Assembly (NCBI RefSeq): GCF_004010195.1
Contig: NC_057753.1
Coordinates: forward strand, 10,640,301 to 10,695,240
DNA length: 54,940 bases
Direction of reading: 5' to 3'
From: Chiloscyllium plagiosum
Lineage: Eukaryota
Part shown: positions 35,826-49,060 of the stretch, piece after piece
How the letters are laid out: the number at the start of each line of letters is the position of its first letter
Position numbering within the stretch: position 1 is the stretch's first letter
Translations under genes and position numbers: made by a program
Notes under the pieces: generated by a model
What the model was told of the DNA's origin: nothing
The model's database searches: none
What the model saw: the letters and a program-made list of their open reading frames with translations, nothing else

Positions 35826-36423
35826 CGGCTTTGGTACATTGGTTTGGACGCCATCTTCGGTATGTACGGATCGTTTCAGTGGGAACATGCAGTCCTGGGC
35901 TCAATGAGCAGCAGTGCCCACTGGAAGCAAAGCTCACAGAATCCCTCCAGTATGGAAACAGGCCCTTTGACCCAACAAATCCACAATGACCCTTCAAAGA
36001 GAAACCCAGTAGACTCCTTACCCTACCCCATTACTCTACATTTCCCCCTGAACAATGCACCACACCTACATATCTCTGAACACTCTGGAATAATTTAGCT
36101 TAGCCAATTCACTTTCACATCTTTGGACTGAGGGGGGAAACTGGAGCACCTGGAGGAAACCCTCGCAGACATTGGGGGTGGGGGGGTGGGGTGCGAATGT
36201 GCAAACTCCACACAGTCACCCCGAGAGTCAAATCGAACCCAGGTCCCTGGCACTGTGAGGCAGCGGCATTAACTATTGGCTCACAGGCAGCACGGTGGTT
36301 CATTGTGGGGTTGAGAGGTTCGTGGTGGAGGTGGTGGGAGGGGTGCTGGGGTGCAGTCCAGCAGAAAACAAAGAAAACTCACAGACTCTCCCACTGCACC
36401 CACTGTCAGAACGGGCAGCAGGT

Positions 36424-37431
36424 TCAGTCCTGGGGGCGATCCACAGCAGCGTCACTGGCAGAATCAGATTGCTGGGAGCATTTGTGTCCCCGCTGGTGCC
36501 TCTGCAAGTTACTCAACCATGTGAACCTCCGCCCGCACTTGGGGCAGGCAAATGGCCTTTCCCCGGTGTGGACCCGCTGGTGCATCAGCAGGTTGGAATA
36601 AATGCTGAAGGCCTTCCCACACTCGGGACAGCTGAAGGGCCTCTCCTGTGTATGGACCCGCTGGTGGGTCAGCAGGTTGGAGGCCTGGGTGAAGCCCTTC
36701 CCGCACTCTGGGCAACTGTAGGGCCTCTCTCCAGTGTGGACCCGCCGATGGGCTAGCAGGTCGGAGGAGCGTTTAAAGCCCTTCCCACACTCAGGGCAGG
36801 AAAACGGCCTCTCCCCGGTGTGGACCCGCTGGTGCTTCAGCAGGGCAGAGGAATCACCGAAGGCCTTCCCACACTCCTGGCAGTTGAAGGGCCTCTCCCC
36901 AGTGTGGACCCGCCGGTGGGTCAGCAGGTGGGAGGAGCGGTTAAAGCTCTTCCCGCACTCGGGGCAGGAGAATGGCTTCTCCCCCGTGTGGACCCGCTGG
37001 TGCCTCAGCAGGGCGGAGGAATTGCTGAAGGCCTTCCCGCACTCGGGGCAGCTGAAGGGCCTCTCTCCCGTGTGGGACCGCCGGTGGACCAGCAGGTCAG
37101 AGGATTTGCTGAAAGCCTTCCCACACTCAGGGCAGGGGAAGGGTCTCAGCCCAGTGTGGACCCGCTGGTGAGCCACGACAGCGCAGGCTTGGGCAAAGCC
37201 CTTCTCGCACTCGGGGCAGGTGAATGGCCTCTGCCCTGTGTGGATCCACTGGTGGGCCAACAGGTGGGAAGAGCGGGTAAAGCCCTTCCCGCACTCGGGG
37301 CAGGAGAATGGCCTCTCCCCGGTGTGAACACGCCGATGAACATCCAGGTCAGACGGGAAACGGAAGCCTTTCCCGCAGTCACCACACTTCCACGGTTTCT
37401 CCACAGGGAGGGATTCCTCAGGATTCTCCAT
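36424..37431 (-). CDS. C2H2 zinc-finger protein, type B copy B2 (11 tandem fingers, no effector domain seen)
   Basis: Open frame from 37554; preferred ATG 37431 (gccATGg, MENPEESLPVEKPWKC); 11 intact fingers; acceptor ttttacag at 37816. Confidence 0.9.
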   Translation of the reverse strand: MENPEESLPVEKPWKCGDCGKGFRFPSDLDVHRRVHTGERPFSCPECGKGFTRSSHLLAHQWIHTGQRPFTCPECEKGFAQACAVVAHQRVHTGLRPFPCPECGKAFSKSSDLLVHRRSHTGERPFSCPECGKAFSNSSALLRHQRVHTGEKPFSCPECGKSFNRSSHLLTHRRVHTGERPFNCQECGKAFGDSSALLKHQRVHTGERPFSCPECGKGFKRSSDLLAHRRVHTGERPYSCPECGKGFTQASNLLTHQRVHTQERPFSCPECGKAFSIYSNLLMHQRVHTGERPFACPKCGRRFTWLSNLQRHQRGHKCSQQSDSASDAAVDRPQD

Positions 37432-38538
37432 GGCCGAAACTTCAGCTGCACACAAACGTGTGTACAGCCCCTCACCACTTTGAATTCCTCTTTCCAGGCC
37501 GTATAACTGTTTCCAACTCCACACACAGTGCACTGCAACAGTAGTCTCTCTCATCCAGTCCCACTGATACTGAAAATCTACTGAAAACCAAAAGTGTTGC
37601 TGATTCTCACAGAAGCATTGTCAAACATCGTTGTGGTTCCTATGGATTGAGTGACTGTCAAACATTGACGTGAAAGCGAAGACTGCAGACGCTGGAGAGT
37701 CAGTCAAAAAGTGTAGTGCTGGAAAAGCACGGCAGGTCAAGCAGAATCCGAGGAGCTGGAGAGTCGACGTTTCGGGCATAAGCTGTTGATTTTGAAACTT
37801 CCACCTTCAGCTGGTCTGTAAAAAGAGATTACAAAAGTCATCACTGTCAGTCCGGGGGGAGGTGGGATCGAAATGAGACAACAAGGCATTGACACCGACA
37901 CCAGAAAGAAACTGAACATAGAGACGAGGATAACATTAGTGGCAAGTCAGAGTCAGAGTCAAAGATATACAGGAGAGAGACAGGCCCTCGCAGCACAATG
38001 GCAATCCCAGTCTATGTTTGAAAAGTTAAAACACCCGACCACAACCATCCTTTTACTTTTACAGGGAACTGAAATCTCCATATAAATTTGTTTCTCCATT
38101 TCCCACTGATCATGAGGGGGTCTGCAACACAATCCCAATAAGATGTTCATCCCTTCCTTATTTCTCAGTTCCAACCAAATAACCTTCCTGGATGTATTCC
38201 CAGGAATATCCTCCCGAGGTCCAGGAATACTATCCCTTATCAAAAACAGCACTCTCCCTCATCTCTTGCCTCCTTTCTATCCTTCCTATAGCATTTGTAT
38301 CCTGGAACATTAATCTGCCAGTCTTGTCCATCCCTGAACCACGTGTCTGTAATTGCTAGGATATCCCATCCCATCTTCCTGACCGTGCCCTGAGTTCATC
38401 TGCCTTCCCTGTTAGACGTCTTGCAATGAAGTAAATGTCATTGGTTCCAATGTGTACAATGACCTCCAATTGGTCCCTCTCCCCTTTCAGAGCATTCTGC
38501 ACCCTCAGACATCCTTGATCCTGGTACCAGAAAGATGA

Positions 38539-40055
38539 TGAGAAAGTCTATAGCCTTAAAACTTGTCTTTAAACATTCAGACTAAAATGTAATGCTGAAT
38601 TATAGAACACACTTGTTGCACTAGAAAAATAGACAGGCAGGAAGGCTCAGAAAAAAAAAAAGGCGGTGAGGGGGGTATCTCAAGGAATGCAGAAGATTGG
38701 GACATCTGTGCTCACTAAGTGATAACTGGGTGCTCTAAGGCAATTAAGAACATTTGCGCCTTAGCATTGTGTCCTGTTCACACAGATTCACCAGAGTGAT
38801 AATATTGATGGCCATTCTCTTGTGAAATTAATGAGTGTTTATTCTGACCCTGAAACGAAACTCGGCACTATCAAAAGCCTTGTAATTGACGGTCACATCC
38901 TGTCAATAATAATGGATTCTTATTACCCCTTTCAAGCAGAGCAGACACAGAGAGAAAAACATCTTAGCTGTTACAAGACCCTGACTTGAGAGTTCAAAAG
39001 GACACTAGAGAGCGAGAGCGAGAGACCATTTTAATGCTGAGACTGCTGAAGCCAGTACGAAATTAACTCTTAGCGCTTCCCTGCTGTGGACTGAATTTAA
39101 TTGCATTTTAGGACTTTTTGATGATATTGAGTAGCCATTATCGGTTATTAAATATAAACTCTGTAAAAGCTTTAACTTACTTGCTGTTCTTGCAGACCAC
39201 TCTACAGACCTTACAGACTGCCCCACTGTCAATTCTAACTAATCAGATCTTATGTCTTGTTTGAATTTGAATCACAACCCTGAAAAGAAAGCACGTTAAA
39301 TTCAAAGACTAATGAGTCAGTTTAAATGCAAGCTTACGGTAACATCTCAGCCTTAGGTACAGAATGATTCTGCTCCTAACTTAGAAATTATTCTAGGCCT
39401 AACATTGAAGAGATTCTGGCACAATGTGTCGGGAAGCCATTTTATGGTCAAAAGTTTGCCCTCCTTGCTAAGAAGCCAGTTTGTAAAACAATTGTATCTG
39501 ACATGTGAGCTGTGCAAGGTTACCTTACGAACTCTCCAATTAGCTGAGACTGGTACCTCTTTATGAGAGGAGTTTATCTCGCTAGCAGTCGCCTAACTCA
39601 GCTGGGTATGTTTTTCGCCACTTGATGAATGGCTTTGAGCCTTGTAGGAGTGATTAGTCAAGCGTACACAGACCTGTCAATTAACTTTTCTTCCTTACGA
39701 ATTATTGTCTTTCACTGTTATCTGTCTAATTATGAACATGCAATGTTTTTGTAAACTTTTGTATAAAGGAGGCCACTTTGTATCAGTACAGAATAGCCAG
39801 CTGGGGCACTTGAAGAGTTGTCTCCTAGGTTATTAGAACCTAGTTAGTTTAGCTTATAGGTATCAATGTTATATTGTAACAGTCATGCTATTGGTAAATA
39901 AAGGGGATGATGGAAATTAAACTAATCTGTCTGTAAGAGGTTTTTTTATTCTAGACTTTCAAAGAGTACAATCTCCGGGAGAAAACCAAGAGAGAGGCTT
40001 ACTGGTCTGGGTCCATAAGGAATTCCCTGGGCTGTCTCAAATCTGTACTTTAACA
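38539..40055 (+). mobile_element. Long (~1.5 kb) solo LTR inserted in CR1 ORF1
   Basis: Termini TGAGAAAGT / ACTTTAACA (7 of 9 inverted match); length-consistent degenerate 4 bp TSD atga/gcga; TATAAA 39762; AATAAA 39897; absent from the paralogous CR1 at ~11325. Confidence 0.65.
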
Positions 40056-42406
40056 GCGATACACCATTCTGATTTTTCACTGCTGGCCACAGAAATGTCA
40101 CTCTGTGCCTCTGATTAGAGAGCCCCCTTTCACAATTGGTCACTTGGAACCTGACATACCCCTGACATGCATAAGAGCCTGTCTAGACCAGAAACATGGC
40201 TGTTTGTGCTATATTCCCCTGAGAGTCTATCACCCTCTACATTTTCCAAAACAGCATATGTGTTTGAAATGGGGATAGCCACAGAAGAGTCCTGCACTAC
40301 CTATCCCTCCTACCTTTCCTAGAGTTAACCCATCTACCTGACTGTATCTGCAGCATTTCTCCCTTCCTATAACTGCCACCTATCACACCTCCACATTCTT
40401 GCAAATTCCTCACTGCCTCTAACTGTTGCTCTAACTGATCCATGTGATCAGATAGGATTTGCAACCAAACACATGTCCTGCAGACATAAATCCAATAACA
40501 TGAATACTTTCCCTAATCTCCACGTCCGACAGGAGGAGCATCTCACTCTACTAAAGGCCACCTTTACTCCTTCACAATCTACAGACCGAGAAAATAGCAC
40601 TGTTTTTTGCTCTGAAAGAAAGTGCTCCAGGCTAACTTTGTACTTGTGATTTATATTTTTAAAAATTTAATCAAGAGACAGATGTCAATAAAACATATAA
40701 TCAAGAAAGAACCCATTCTATTCACTACTGCAGACTTGAAGCAAGGTTACACTTTCAAGACTATACACTTCTCTGTTCCTGTTCTGTGAGCTCCCCCACA
40801 CAGGTTCCTCCAATATCACCTGTGAATTTTGCTGTTCATTAACTTTTCCTAGACGCACTCCAATGTCCAGTAACTGTGCAGATTCACTGCTGTGTCAGGT
40901 AGCAGTGTAGGTTTCATTCTCTCTCTCCCTTGTTTTGGACTCCCCTACCCTGGGGAAAAGATTTTGGCTGTTCACCCTATGCATGCCCCTTATAAACTTT
41001 TGTAAGGTCACCTCTCAGCCTCCGGTGCAGAGGGAAAACAGCGCCAGTCTTTTCAGCCTCTCCCTATAGCTCAAACCCTCCAATTCTCGCAACAGCTTTG
41101 TAAATCATTTCCAAACTCTTTTAAAGTTTCACAACATCTTTTCTATTGCAGAAAGACCAGAACTGAATGCAGTATTCGAAAAGTGGCTTAACTAATGTTC
41201 TGTGCAGCCACAATATGACTCCCAACCCCTGTACTCAATGCCCTGACCAATAAACGCAAGCACACCAAATGCCTTCTTCACTACCGTGTCTACCTGTGAC
41301 TCCACTTTCAAGGTACTACGAATCTGCACTCCATTGTCTCTTGATTCAGGAACACGCTCCAGGGCCTTACCAGTAAGTGTGTAAATCCTGCCCTGATTTG
41401 CCTTTCCAAAATGCAAAACCTCACATTTATCTGAATTAAACTCCATTCACCACTCCTCAGCCCATCCAATCAATTCTATTTTATATCAAACTTTCTTTCC
41501 TCTCTTATTCCCCAAAAGCTGAAAATCTCCATCCCACACACTCCCCCTCCATTCTCACTTTGCTGAACCTAATCCCTGCTGTACCTCATCCTGAAGGGTC
41601 TGGTTCATGCTGATTAACAGGCCCATACTCAGAGGGAATCTAATTGAAACATACAGAATACTGAATGGCCTGGATGGAGTGGGCTTTGGGAAGATGTTTC
41701 CATTGGTAGGAGAGCCCGAGGGGACAGCTTTAGAATAGAGTAAAGGGAAGACCTTTTAGAATGCAGATAAGGAGAAACGTCTTCAGCCAGAAAGTGCTAA
41801 ATCTATGGAATTTATTGCCACAGAAGTATATTCAAGACAGAGATAGATAGATTCTTGAGTATCAAGCAGATCAAGCGTTGTGGGGAGAAAGCAGGAGAAT
41901 GGGATTGAGAGACTTATCAGCTATGATTGAATGGTGAAGCAGACCGATGGGCTGATTGGCCTAATTTCTGCTCCTATGGTCTTATGGTGTCTTGCTGTCC
42001 TGGAAGTAGGAATAGGCCATTTGGTCTTTCAAGTCTACATCAACATTGAATAGTTCATAACTGGATATGAATATACCTACATCTTGGTAGATATGCTCCA
42101 GTGAGAAAACTCCTAGCCTGGGAGGTTGAGAGGTGACCTTATCGAGATTTATAAAATCATGAGGGGTATAGATGAGGTGAATGATGGATGTCCTATCCTT
42201 TAGAGTCGGGCTTTTAAGATTAGGGAACAAATTTTGAAGGTGAGTGGAGAAAGATTTTAAAAAGACATGAGGGGCACCATTTTTTTTCCACAGAGAGTGG
42301 TTTGTGTGTGGAATGAATGAATGTCTAGAGGAAGTGGGGCAGACAGGCACAGTTACAACATTTAAAAGAGATTTGGATAAGGACATTAATGAGAAAGCTT
42401 CAGAGG

Positions 42407-43077
42407 TGTTATGGACTCGGCCAGACCACTCAAAACATTCTTAAGCAGGGAGCCCAGACCGTAAGTTTGCTATTTGTTTCGGTAAGTGTACAGTGAAAAT
42501 TACCCAGAGTCAGTTAGCTAGGTTGACCACCAGGCTTTAAAAGACAAATGTATTCACAAGATTACAGGATAAAACACAAAGAACAGAATATAGAATACCC
42601 ATAGAACTCAGTCTATCCAAAGGTTGCTGCCTGACCTGCTGCGCCTTTCCAGCAACACATTTCCAACCCATAGAACTCAGTCTATCCAAAGTAGACTTAA
42701 ATATGCTGTTCCAAATGTACACAAGTCCTAATAAATAAACCCCTTAAACATAGAATAAAACTGAAACAGAGGCTTACAGGTTGAAGTCAAAAGGGCAGAA
42801 GGAGAGTTTAACAGCCTTTCTCCACACAGTCCACTGCTGAACTCACTCACACAAGACTTCAACTTTCACGACTGACCACTCCCCTTTCACTATGCAGGTT
42901 ATTTCAAAAACATAAAAGCTTTGGCCTAAAGTCTCATGTTTACATATAAACAAAAAGGCCTCCCAAGACAATTATTCTGGAGCCTGGAGCTGTTTTACGA
43001 CCTCCTGAAAAAAACCAAGGACACAGTATCCTTGAGAAGAAGGACCAGCTTTTTGAAAAACGACCAGCTTTGTGACA
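42407..43077 (-). mobile_element. Solo LTR in a CR1 tail
   Basis: TGTTAT...GTGACA termini; 4 bp TSD gagg/gagt restores the CR1 sequence cagagggatatggg; empty site at ~8545; orientation inferred. Confidence 0.75.
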
Positions 43078-43796
43078 GAGTGATATGGGCCAAACACCAG
43101 CAGGTAGGATTAGTTTAGTAGGAGAACATAGCATGGAATAGTTGGACTAAAGGGTCTATTTCTGTGCTGTATGACTCTAACTGTCCTGTAATAGTCTTAA
43201 GACCATTTTCTTGCCTTCCCCCATAAGCATCCACTTTCTTATTGTTCAAAAATCAGATGAAGTCAGCCTTGAATATATTCAATAACCCCCTAACTGCAGG
43301 AAGACGCCCCCATTTTTGAACTCAATTCCTCTTGCTAATATACCACTTGCCTTGCTGATTGCTTGCCGCACCTGTCTGACAACTGCCACTGACTGGTGCA
43401 GATCGATACTGTACCTCCACACATCATTCCTGATGAAGGGTTCGTGCCCAAAACGTCAATTCTCCCGTTCCTCGGATACTGCTTGACCTGCTGTGCTTTT
43501 CCAGCGCCACATTTGTTGACTCTGATCTCCAGCATTTGCAGGCCTTACCTTTCTCCACATACCAATGTATTACCATTTAAACCATGCACCTCCTTTCTGC
43601 CTTTTTTCCCCCCAAAACAAAAAGCTGTAACTTCACATCGTGGTACTGCGTTTGCCAATTAATACACAGACTTGGACCAACTTTGTCTGGAGTCTGTCTC
43701 CTCCCTGGACTCACTCCCTTTCCCTTCAGTTCGTGCAAGTCAGCAACTGAATCCCAGGATGAAAAAGCGGGTGAGAAAAGAGAGTGCTGTACTCAC

Positions 43797-44125
43797 AGAT
43801 GTTGGACAGAGTAAAGACGTTGCAGTTTGGAGTGAAGCTCAATCTTCATTCAGAGAGAGAGGAATAGCAGGAACTTCAGGCTCTCACGGCCCAACATCCG
43901 CATTCAGACAAAGGGGTCTCTTTGATTGGCAGGAGGACTCGTCTTCTTCCGGTCCTCCAGCTCTTACCATTGGTCCTTCACAAGAAAGTCACACGCCATT
44001 TCCGCGCACCGCAACGAACATACGCAGTGTATTAGCTGACACCACGGCACATGCGCAATGCTAGCTGACACCGAGAAGCATGCGCAGTACGCTCTGTGGA
44101 GATGGCGTAAAGATGGAGCCACAAT
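43797..44125 (-). promoter_or_regulatory. Promoter P1 and putative non-coding first exon of ZNF B2
   Basis: CpG cluster; NRF1-like CATGCGCA repeated at a 29 bp period; YY1-like AGATGGCG; donor GTGAGT at 43796 conserved in the arm-1 copy. Confidence 0.6.
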
Positions 44126-46567
44126 TGTATTTTTCCCTGTGGCTCGACATTTTATTCCTTTTGAATTTGGTCTGGCTGCTCAAGTTTGTATTTCTTTTCC
44201 CCAGGGTAGAGGAATTGCAAAACTAGACGGCACAGTTTTAGGGTGAGGGGGAAAGATTTAACAGGGACCTAAGGGGCAACTTTTTCACGCAGAGGGTGGT
44301 GTGTGTAAGGAATGAGCTGCCAGAGGAGGTGGTGGAGGCTGGTACAATTATAACATTTAAAAGACATCTGGATGGTATAAGAATGGGAAGGGCTGAGAGA
44401 GATATGGACCAAATTCTGGCAAATGGCTCACTAGATTAATTTAGGATAACTGGTCAGCATAGGCGAGTTGTACTGAAGGATCTGTTTCAGAGCTGTATTT
44501 CAGAAACCCGCCTATTTCAAAGCAAATTTCAGAAACACATCTGCAGCTTTTTTCAAAAATTTAATATGCTTTCATACATGATTGATATTTCTAAATTAGC
44601 TGTTTTAGCTGTTCTCAAGTTGAAAAATCAGCCATTCCTTGCACACCCCTGTCTTCCAGGTAGAGTCATCACTAACCGTTCTCTCTCTTTCCTGAGAAGG
44701 GCTTGGTACAGCAATCTAAGAGGGCATGTGACACGAGAAAGGATGGGGGGATGGTAGAAGGGAGAGAGAATGGTCAGGGGAGCAGAGGGTGGGGGGAGAG
44801 AGAGAAAATGGACGGGGGAGAGAGAAAATGGACGGGGGAAAGAGAAAGACTTGGGGACAGAAGATAGGGGCAGAAAATGAGGGGGAGAGAGAGAATGGCT
44901 GGGTAGAGAGCAGTGGAGAGAGATAGAATGGACGGGGACAGTGGGTTGGGGGAGTGACAGCACAAATCCCACCTTACCCAGCAATGGTGTCAGTGTCCCA
45001 TAAACTGGAAACCACTCCACCCACAGCAATCGTTTCTCAATAGACACATGGCTAAGGCAGTAGAGTCATATAATCTCTACAGGCCATTCAGCCCATAAAA
45101 TTAAGACTGACCTTCCAATCACTTTTCCTGCAGTTCCCCATGGTTAACCCACCTTAAAGTTGCACATCCCTGGACACTTCAGCATAGCCGATCCACCCTA
45201 AACTTCAGATAGTTAGACTGTGGGAAGAAACTGGAGCACCCAGAGTTTACCCACACAGACACAAGGGTGAGAACATGCCAAAGTCCACGCAAACAACTGC
45301 CAGGGAGTGGAATCAAACCCAGGTCCCTAGCGCTGTGAGGCAGTGGTGCTAACCACTGAACCACCATGCCACCCAGAACTTTGAGGTTCAGCTTTGTCTT
45401 TGTAGCTTCTAACTTCTCATGCGCCCTCAGGAGAGGCTCTCTCCTCCTGACATTGTTGTACCACATCTGCTGCAACCTCCCTTTACCAATCTCTCTACCT
45501 CTGAGCACATCAGTTCCCTAATCCTGGCGCTAGACGTAGATGGACACTGATGCCAACTGCAGAGAACGGACACAATCTCTGTCACTTTTCTGTTCCTTAC
45601 CACCACCTCCCCCACCCCAACATTGTTTTTACTGCCACCACGCAGCCAGTTAGCTCCTCCCTCCGCAGCCCTCTCAGATCTGTCTGACCTATACTGACAC
45701 CTTCTTGACCCTGTTCACTGACCCAATCAGAAAGCTGTGTCTGGAGAGGAATGACCATCTCCCGGAATGAAGTGTCTGGTTAACTTTCCCCCTTTGCCCC
45801 CACCCCTCCCAACAAGTCTGTAGCCTGGCTTCCAGCTCCATCTCTCTGAGCCGAAGGTCCTCTAGCATGTGTTTGTCCTGGATCACAGCATCCAGAGCCT
45901 CCCACCTTCTGCAAATAGAAAGACAAGTCCCACCCCGCCCTCTCCAATGTGTGTTGTGTAACTGCTTAATCGTTTCTTATGACCAAGCAGAGGCTGATAG
46001 TCAAATTTGGAGTCCATGAGGATGGCCTCAACTGGGACCTTGGGTTCATGTCACACTACAGGTAATCACACTTCAGTATACACTCTCTCACACACACACT
46101 CTTACATACTCACGCACTCATGCTGTCTCTCAGACACACACACGCGCGAGCGTGCACACCATCTCACAGGTATATACTCCATTACTCTCACACTTTACCA
46201 AGTATGTATATACACAAACACACTCTCTCTCTCATGCAAGCACACACATCAGTCTATGGGGTGAATTTGCAATTACAGAATTTTATTTGCAGATAAATTC
46301 TGTTTTGCTCAAAAAGCGCACAATCTTCAGGCAGTCAATCTATGTAATATGTTATAATCCCTAATTTGGATTATGACACAGACAGACTCAAACATGAGTG
46401 AATCAGATGGGGTTTTTTTCCCCAGAAAATGGTTTCATCATTAGATTCTGAAGTCCAGATTTCTGACCAAATTCTACGGCGGGATATCTGCCACGGCAGG
46501 ATTCGAACCCAGAGTCCCCTGTTCTGGGTTGATAGTCCGGTCGATAATGGCATGCGGCCGTTGTTCC

Positions 46568-46760
46568 TTAAATTCCCCCTGTGATGGCACATGAACTCCC
46601 TGGTGTCTCTACTGTTGGGAAGAGGGGGTGAAGCCATTCCCGCACTGAAAACAGGTGAGTAGGTTGTCCCTGGTGTGGACCCACTAGTATGTCCGCACAC
46701 TGGAAGAATCGATGAATCCCTTCCTGCGCTCAGAGCATGTGATTGACCGTTCCATGTGCG
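46568..46760 (-). pseudogene. ZNF type A C-terminal relic (two decayed fingers)
   Basis: KGFIDSSS...HTRDNLLTCFQCG...HVPSQGN with in-frame stops, followed by the type A 3' SINE. Confidence 0.8.
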
Positions 46761-48289
46761 GGTGAGCTTCTAAAATCTGAAAACATATAATCAAGAAAGA
46801 ACCCCCTCTATTCACTACTGCAAACTTACAGCAAGGTTACACATTAATAGCTATGCACTTATCTGTTCCTGTGTTGTGAGCTCTCCCATCAGGTTCCTTA
46901 GAGGTCAGCTGTGAATTTTGCTGTTTTTTCATTTTTCCTAGACGCACTCCAATGTCCAGAGATACATGAATTGAAACAGCAAAGGCAGTAACTATGCAGA
47001 TATATTGCTGTGTCAATTAGCAGTGTAGGTTTCTTTCTCTCTCTCTCTCCCTGACAGGCCATGTGTTCGCTGCCTTTGGCTGTCCTTCTCTCTTTGGAAA
47101 GTGATGTTGTTTGGATTTTTTTTACTCCAAAGTTCCAAAACAATGCAATAGCATATATAACGTTAATTGTTGCTCCTGGAATTCAAGGAAATCACCTCCA
47201 ACACATAAACTACCTCTGAAAAGGAGCAGCTCTTACAGCCACAAATTTTCCCGTCTTCCATCTTGGATTAGTTCTTGGTGAACATTCCCATCTCCCAGGT
47301 TACAGTTGATCACATAATTTAACTTTCTAGTTTTGCTACCAAAGTGGATAACGTCACACTTATCCACACTAAACTGCACCTGCCATACATTTACCCACTC
47401 ACTCAGCCTGTCCAAATAACATTGCATCCTCCTCACAGCTCACCCTTTCACCCAGATTTGTGTCACCTGCAATATGTGACATATTCCAATTAGTTCTCTC
47501 ATCTAAATCACTGACACATACTGTGAATACCTGGGGTCCTAGTCCCAATCCCTGCAGTTCCCCAATCATGAATCATTATAAAACATCGATCTGACTGATT
47601 CTCCCTGACTGACCATACAAAATAGCAGATGTTAGCCTGATGTTCATAACTGACTGAGATCCGATAAGCAATTATGACCCATTGAATAACTAAAGCACGG
47701 AAGCAGGCCATTCAGCCCATTGTGTTCTCTAAATGAACTTTCTGACCTTGTGCCATTTTCCTGACGTTCCCTTGGAAATTTGTACATTGCTTGTCATCAA
47801 ATAATTATCCAATGCCCTTAACTGAACTTGTTTCAACAACTGCTTCATGCAATGTCTTCCAGATCTATTTACTCACTGTGTGAAATTTCTTTCTCACCAC
47901 ATTTTCTTTCTTGTAATGTATTTGAAATCTGCATTCTTATTCTCATGGTGAACAGTTTTACTCTGTCTGTTCTGGGTATGATTTTCCTCATGATTTTCAA
48001 AACTTCTTTTAAATTTTCTCTCAGCCTTCTCCAATCTAACTTTATGGCTAAAATTTCTCATTGTTGGAATTGTTCATGGGAAAGTGGTTCCCCTCAACCT
48101 CACAATGTTCCTTCTCTCCAACTGAAACTAATTTGAACCTTCAATAGTTTGTTGGTCCATTCTTGTTCCTGAGACTCTTCATATTGATGGATCCACTCCA
48201 ATCACATATTGGGATGAATTAAGCCGCTGTTTCCAGTCTCTGCACCAATCTTCATTCCTGAGCTACAGCCTCTATCTCTCTCTCCCTTG

Positions 48290-48713
48290 TAACTCACTGA
48301 GATTCAACCAGGCTGTTCGCAACCTGCTCTATTTGATGCTGAGAGGAGCTTCTGATCTGTGCCAGCACCTCTGTCACCTCATTTGAGCCTGTCCCTATCT
48401 CAAACCCTCTTTGATCCCTTCCTTATCTCCAGGCTCGACTTCTTCAATGATTTTGTACATTCTGCCCTCTGTAATCTTGAAATAATCTAAAATGTTCCTG
48501 TTGTTTACTGCCGCCCAATCAAGCAACATCCAAATTTTAATATTCTCATCTTAGTTTTCATGTCCCTCAAATGGCTTCTCCCATCTTTATCTCTGTAATC
48601 TCCCTGTGCCGAGATGAGTGGGCTGCTCTAATGCTGGCCTTATACACATTGCCAATTTTCATTGCTTCATTATTGGTGGCTGCACCTTAAGTAGCCTCAG
48701 CCATAAGGCCTTA
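48290..48713 (+). mobile_element. Degenerate L2-clade LINE 3' region (host of the ERV 5' junction)
   Basis: Resembles the L2 end as I recall it (gttcgcaacc, tccaggctcgact, attttaatattctcatc..gttttc, tatctctgtaatctcc, attggtggctgcacctt). Confidence 0.55.
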
Positions 48714-49060
48714 TGTGGGGGAAAATACGGGTCCCACCCTCCCCATGACATGGGCCACAAAACAGACAACACAAAATGTCTGCATTTAGCCATTAAGCCT
48801 CCCTGCAATGTCTCAAATTGGCCAAACCAGCCCACATCACACATACCTCAGGACATGACTCACCCAGCCCCAGACCAAGAGAATATACTTCTTCAGATTA
48901 ACTGATAATGCACCTCCCACTCTATAATACTCCAGCCACTTCTCATGTCTTTAAGGCACAGCTACTCCCACTAGGAGTCAAGCCTTTACAAATGGTATCC
49001 AGACAAGGAGGCACCAAAGGTATTTTGCTTGCCCCCTCAACAATATGAACACATTGATAC

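Noticed and set aside
36424..37431. Regular 84 bp periodicity as a CRISPR-like or satellite array
   Set aside because: It is the 28-codon C2H2 finger repeat in eukaryotic DNA
38650..38676. Purine tract as a PPT defining an LTR start at ~38676
   Set aside because: Followed by TA rather than TG; the terminal inverted match and target-site length favour a start at 38539
43425..43460. Additional hammerhead copies (also 22530, 22571, 16659, 25234, 31610)
   Set aside because: GAAA core or stem II mutated, so not called as functional ribozymes
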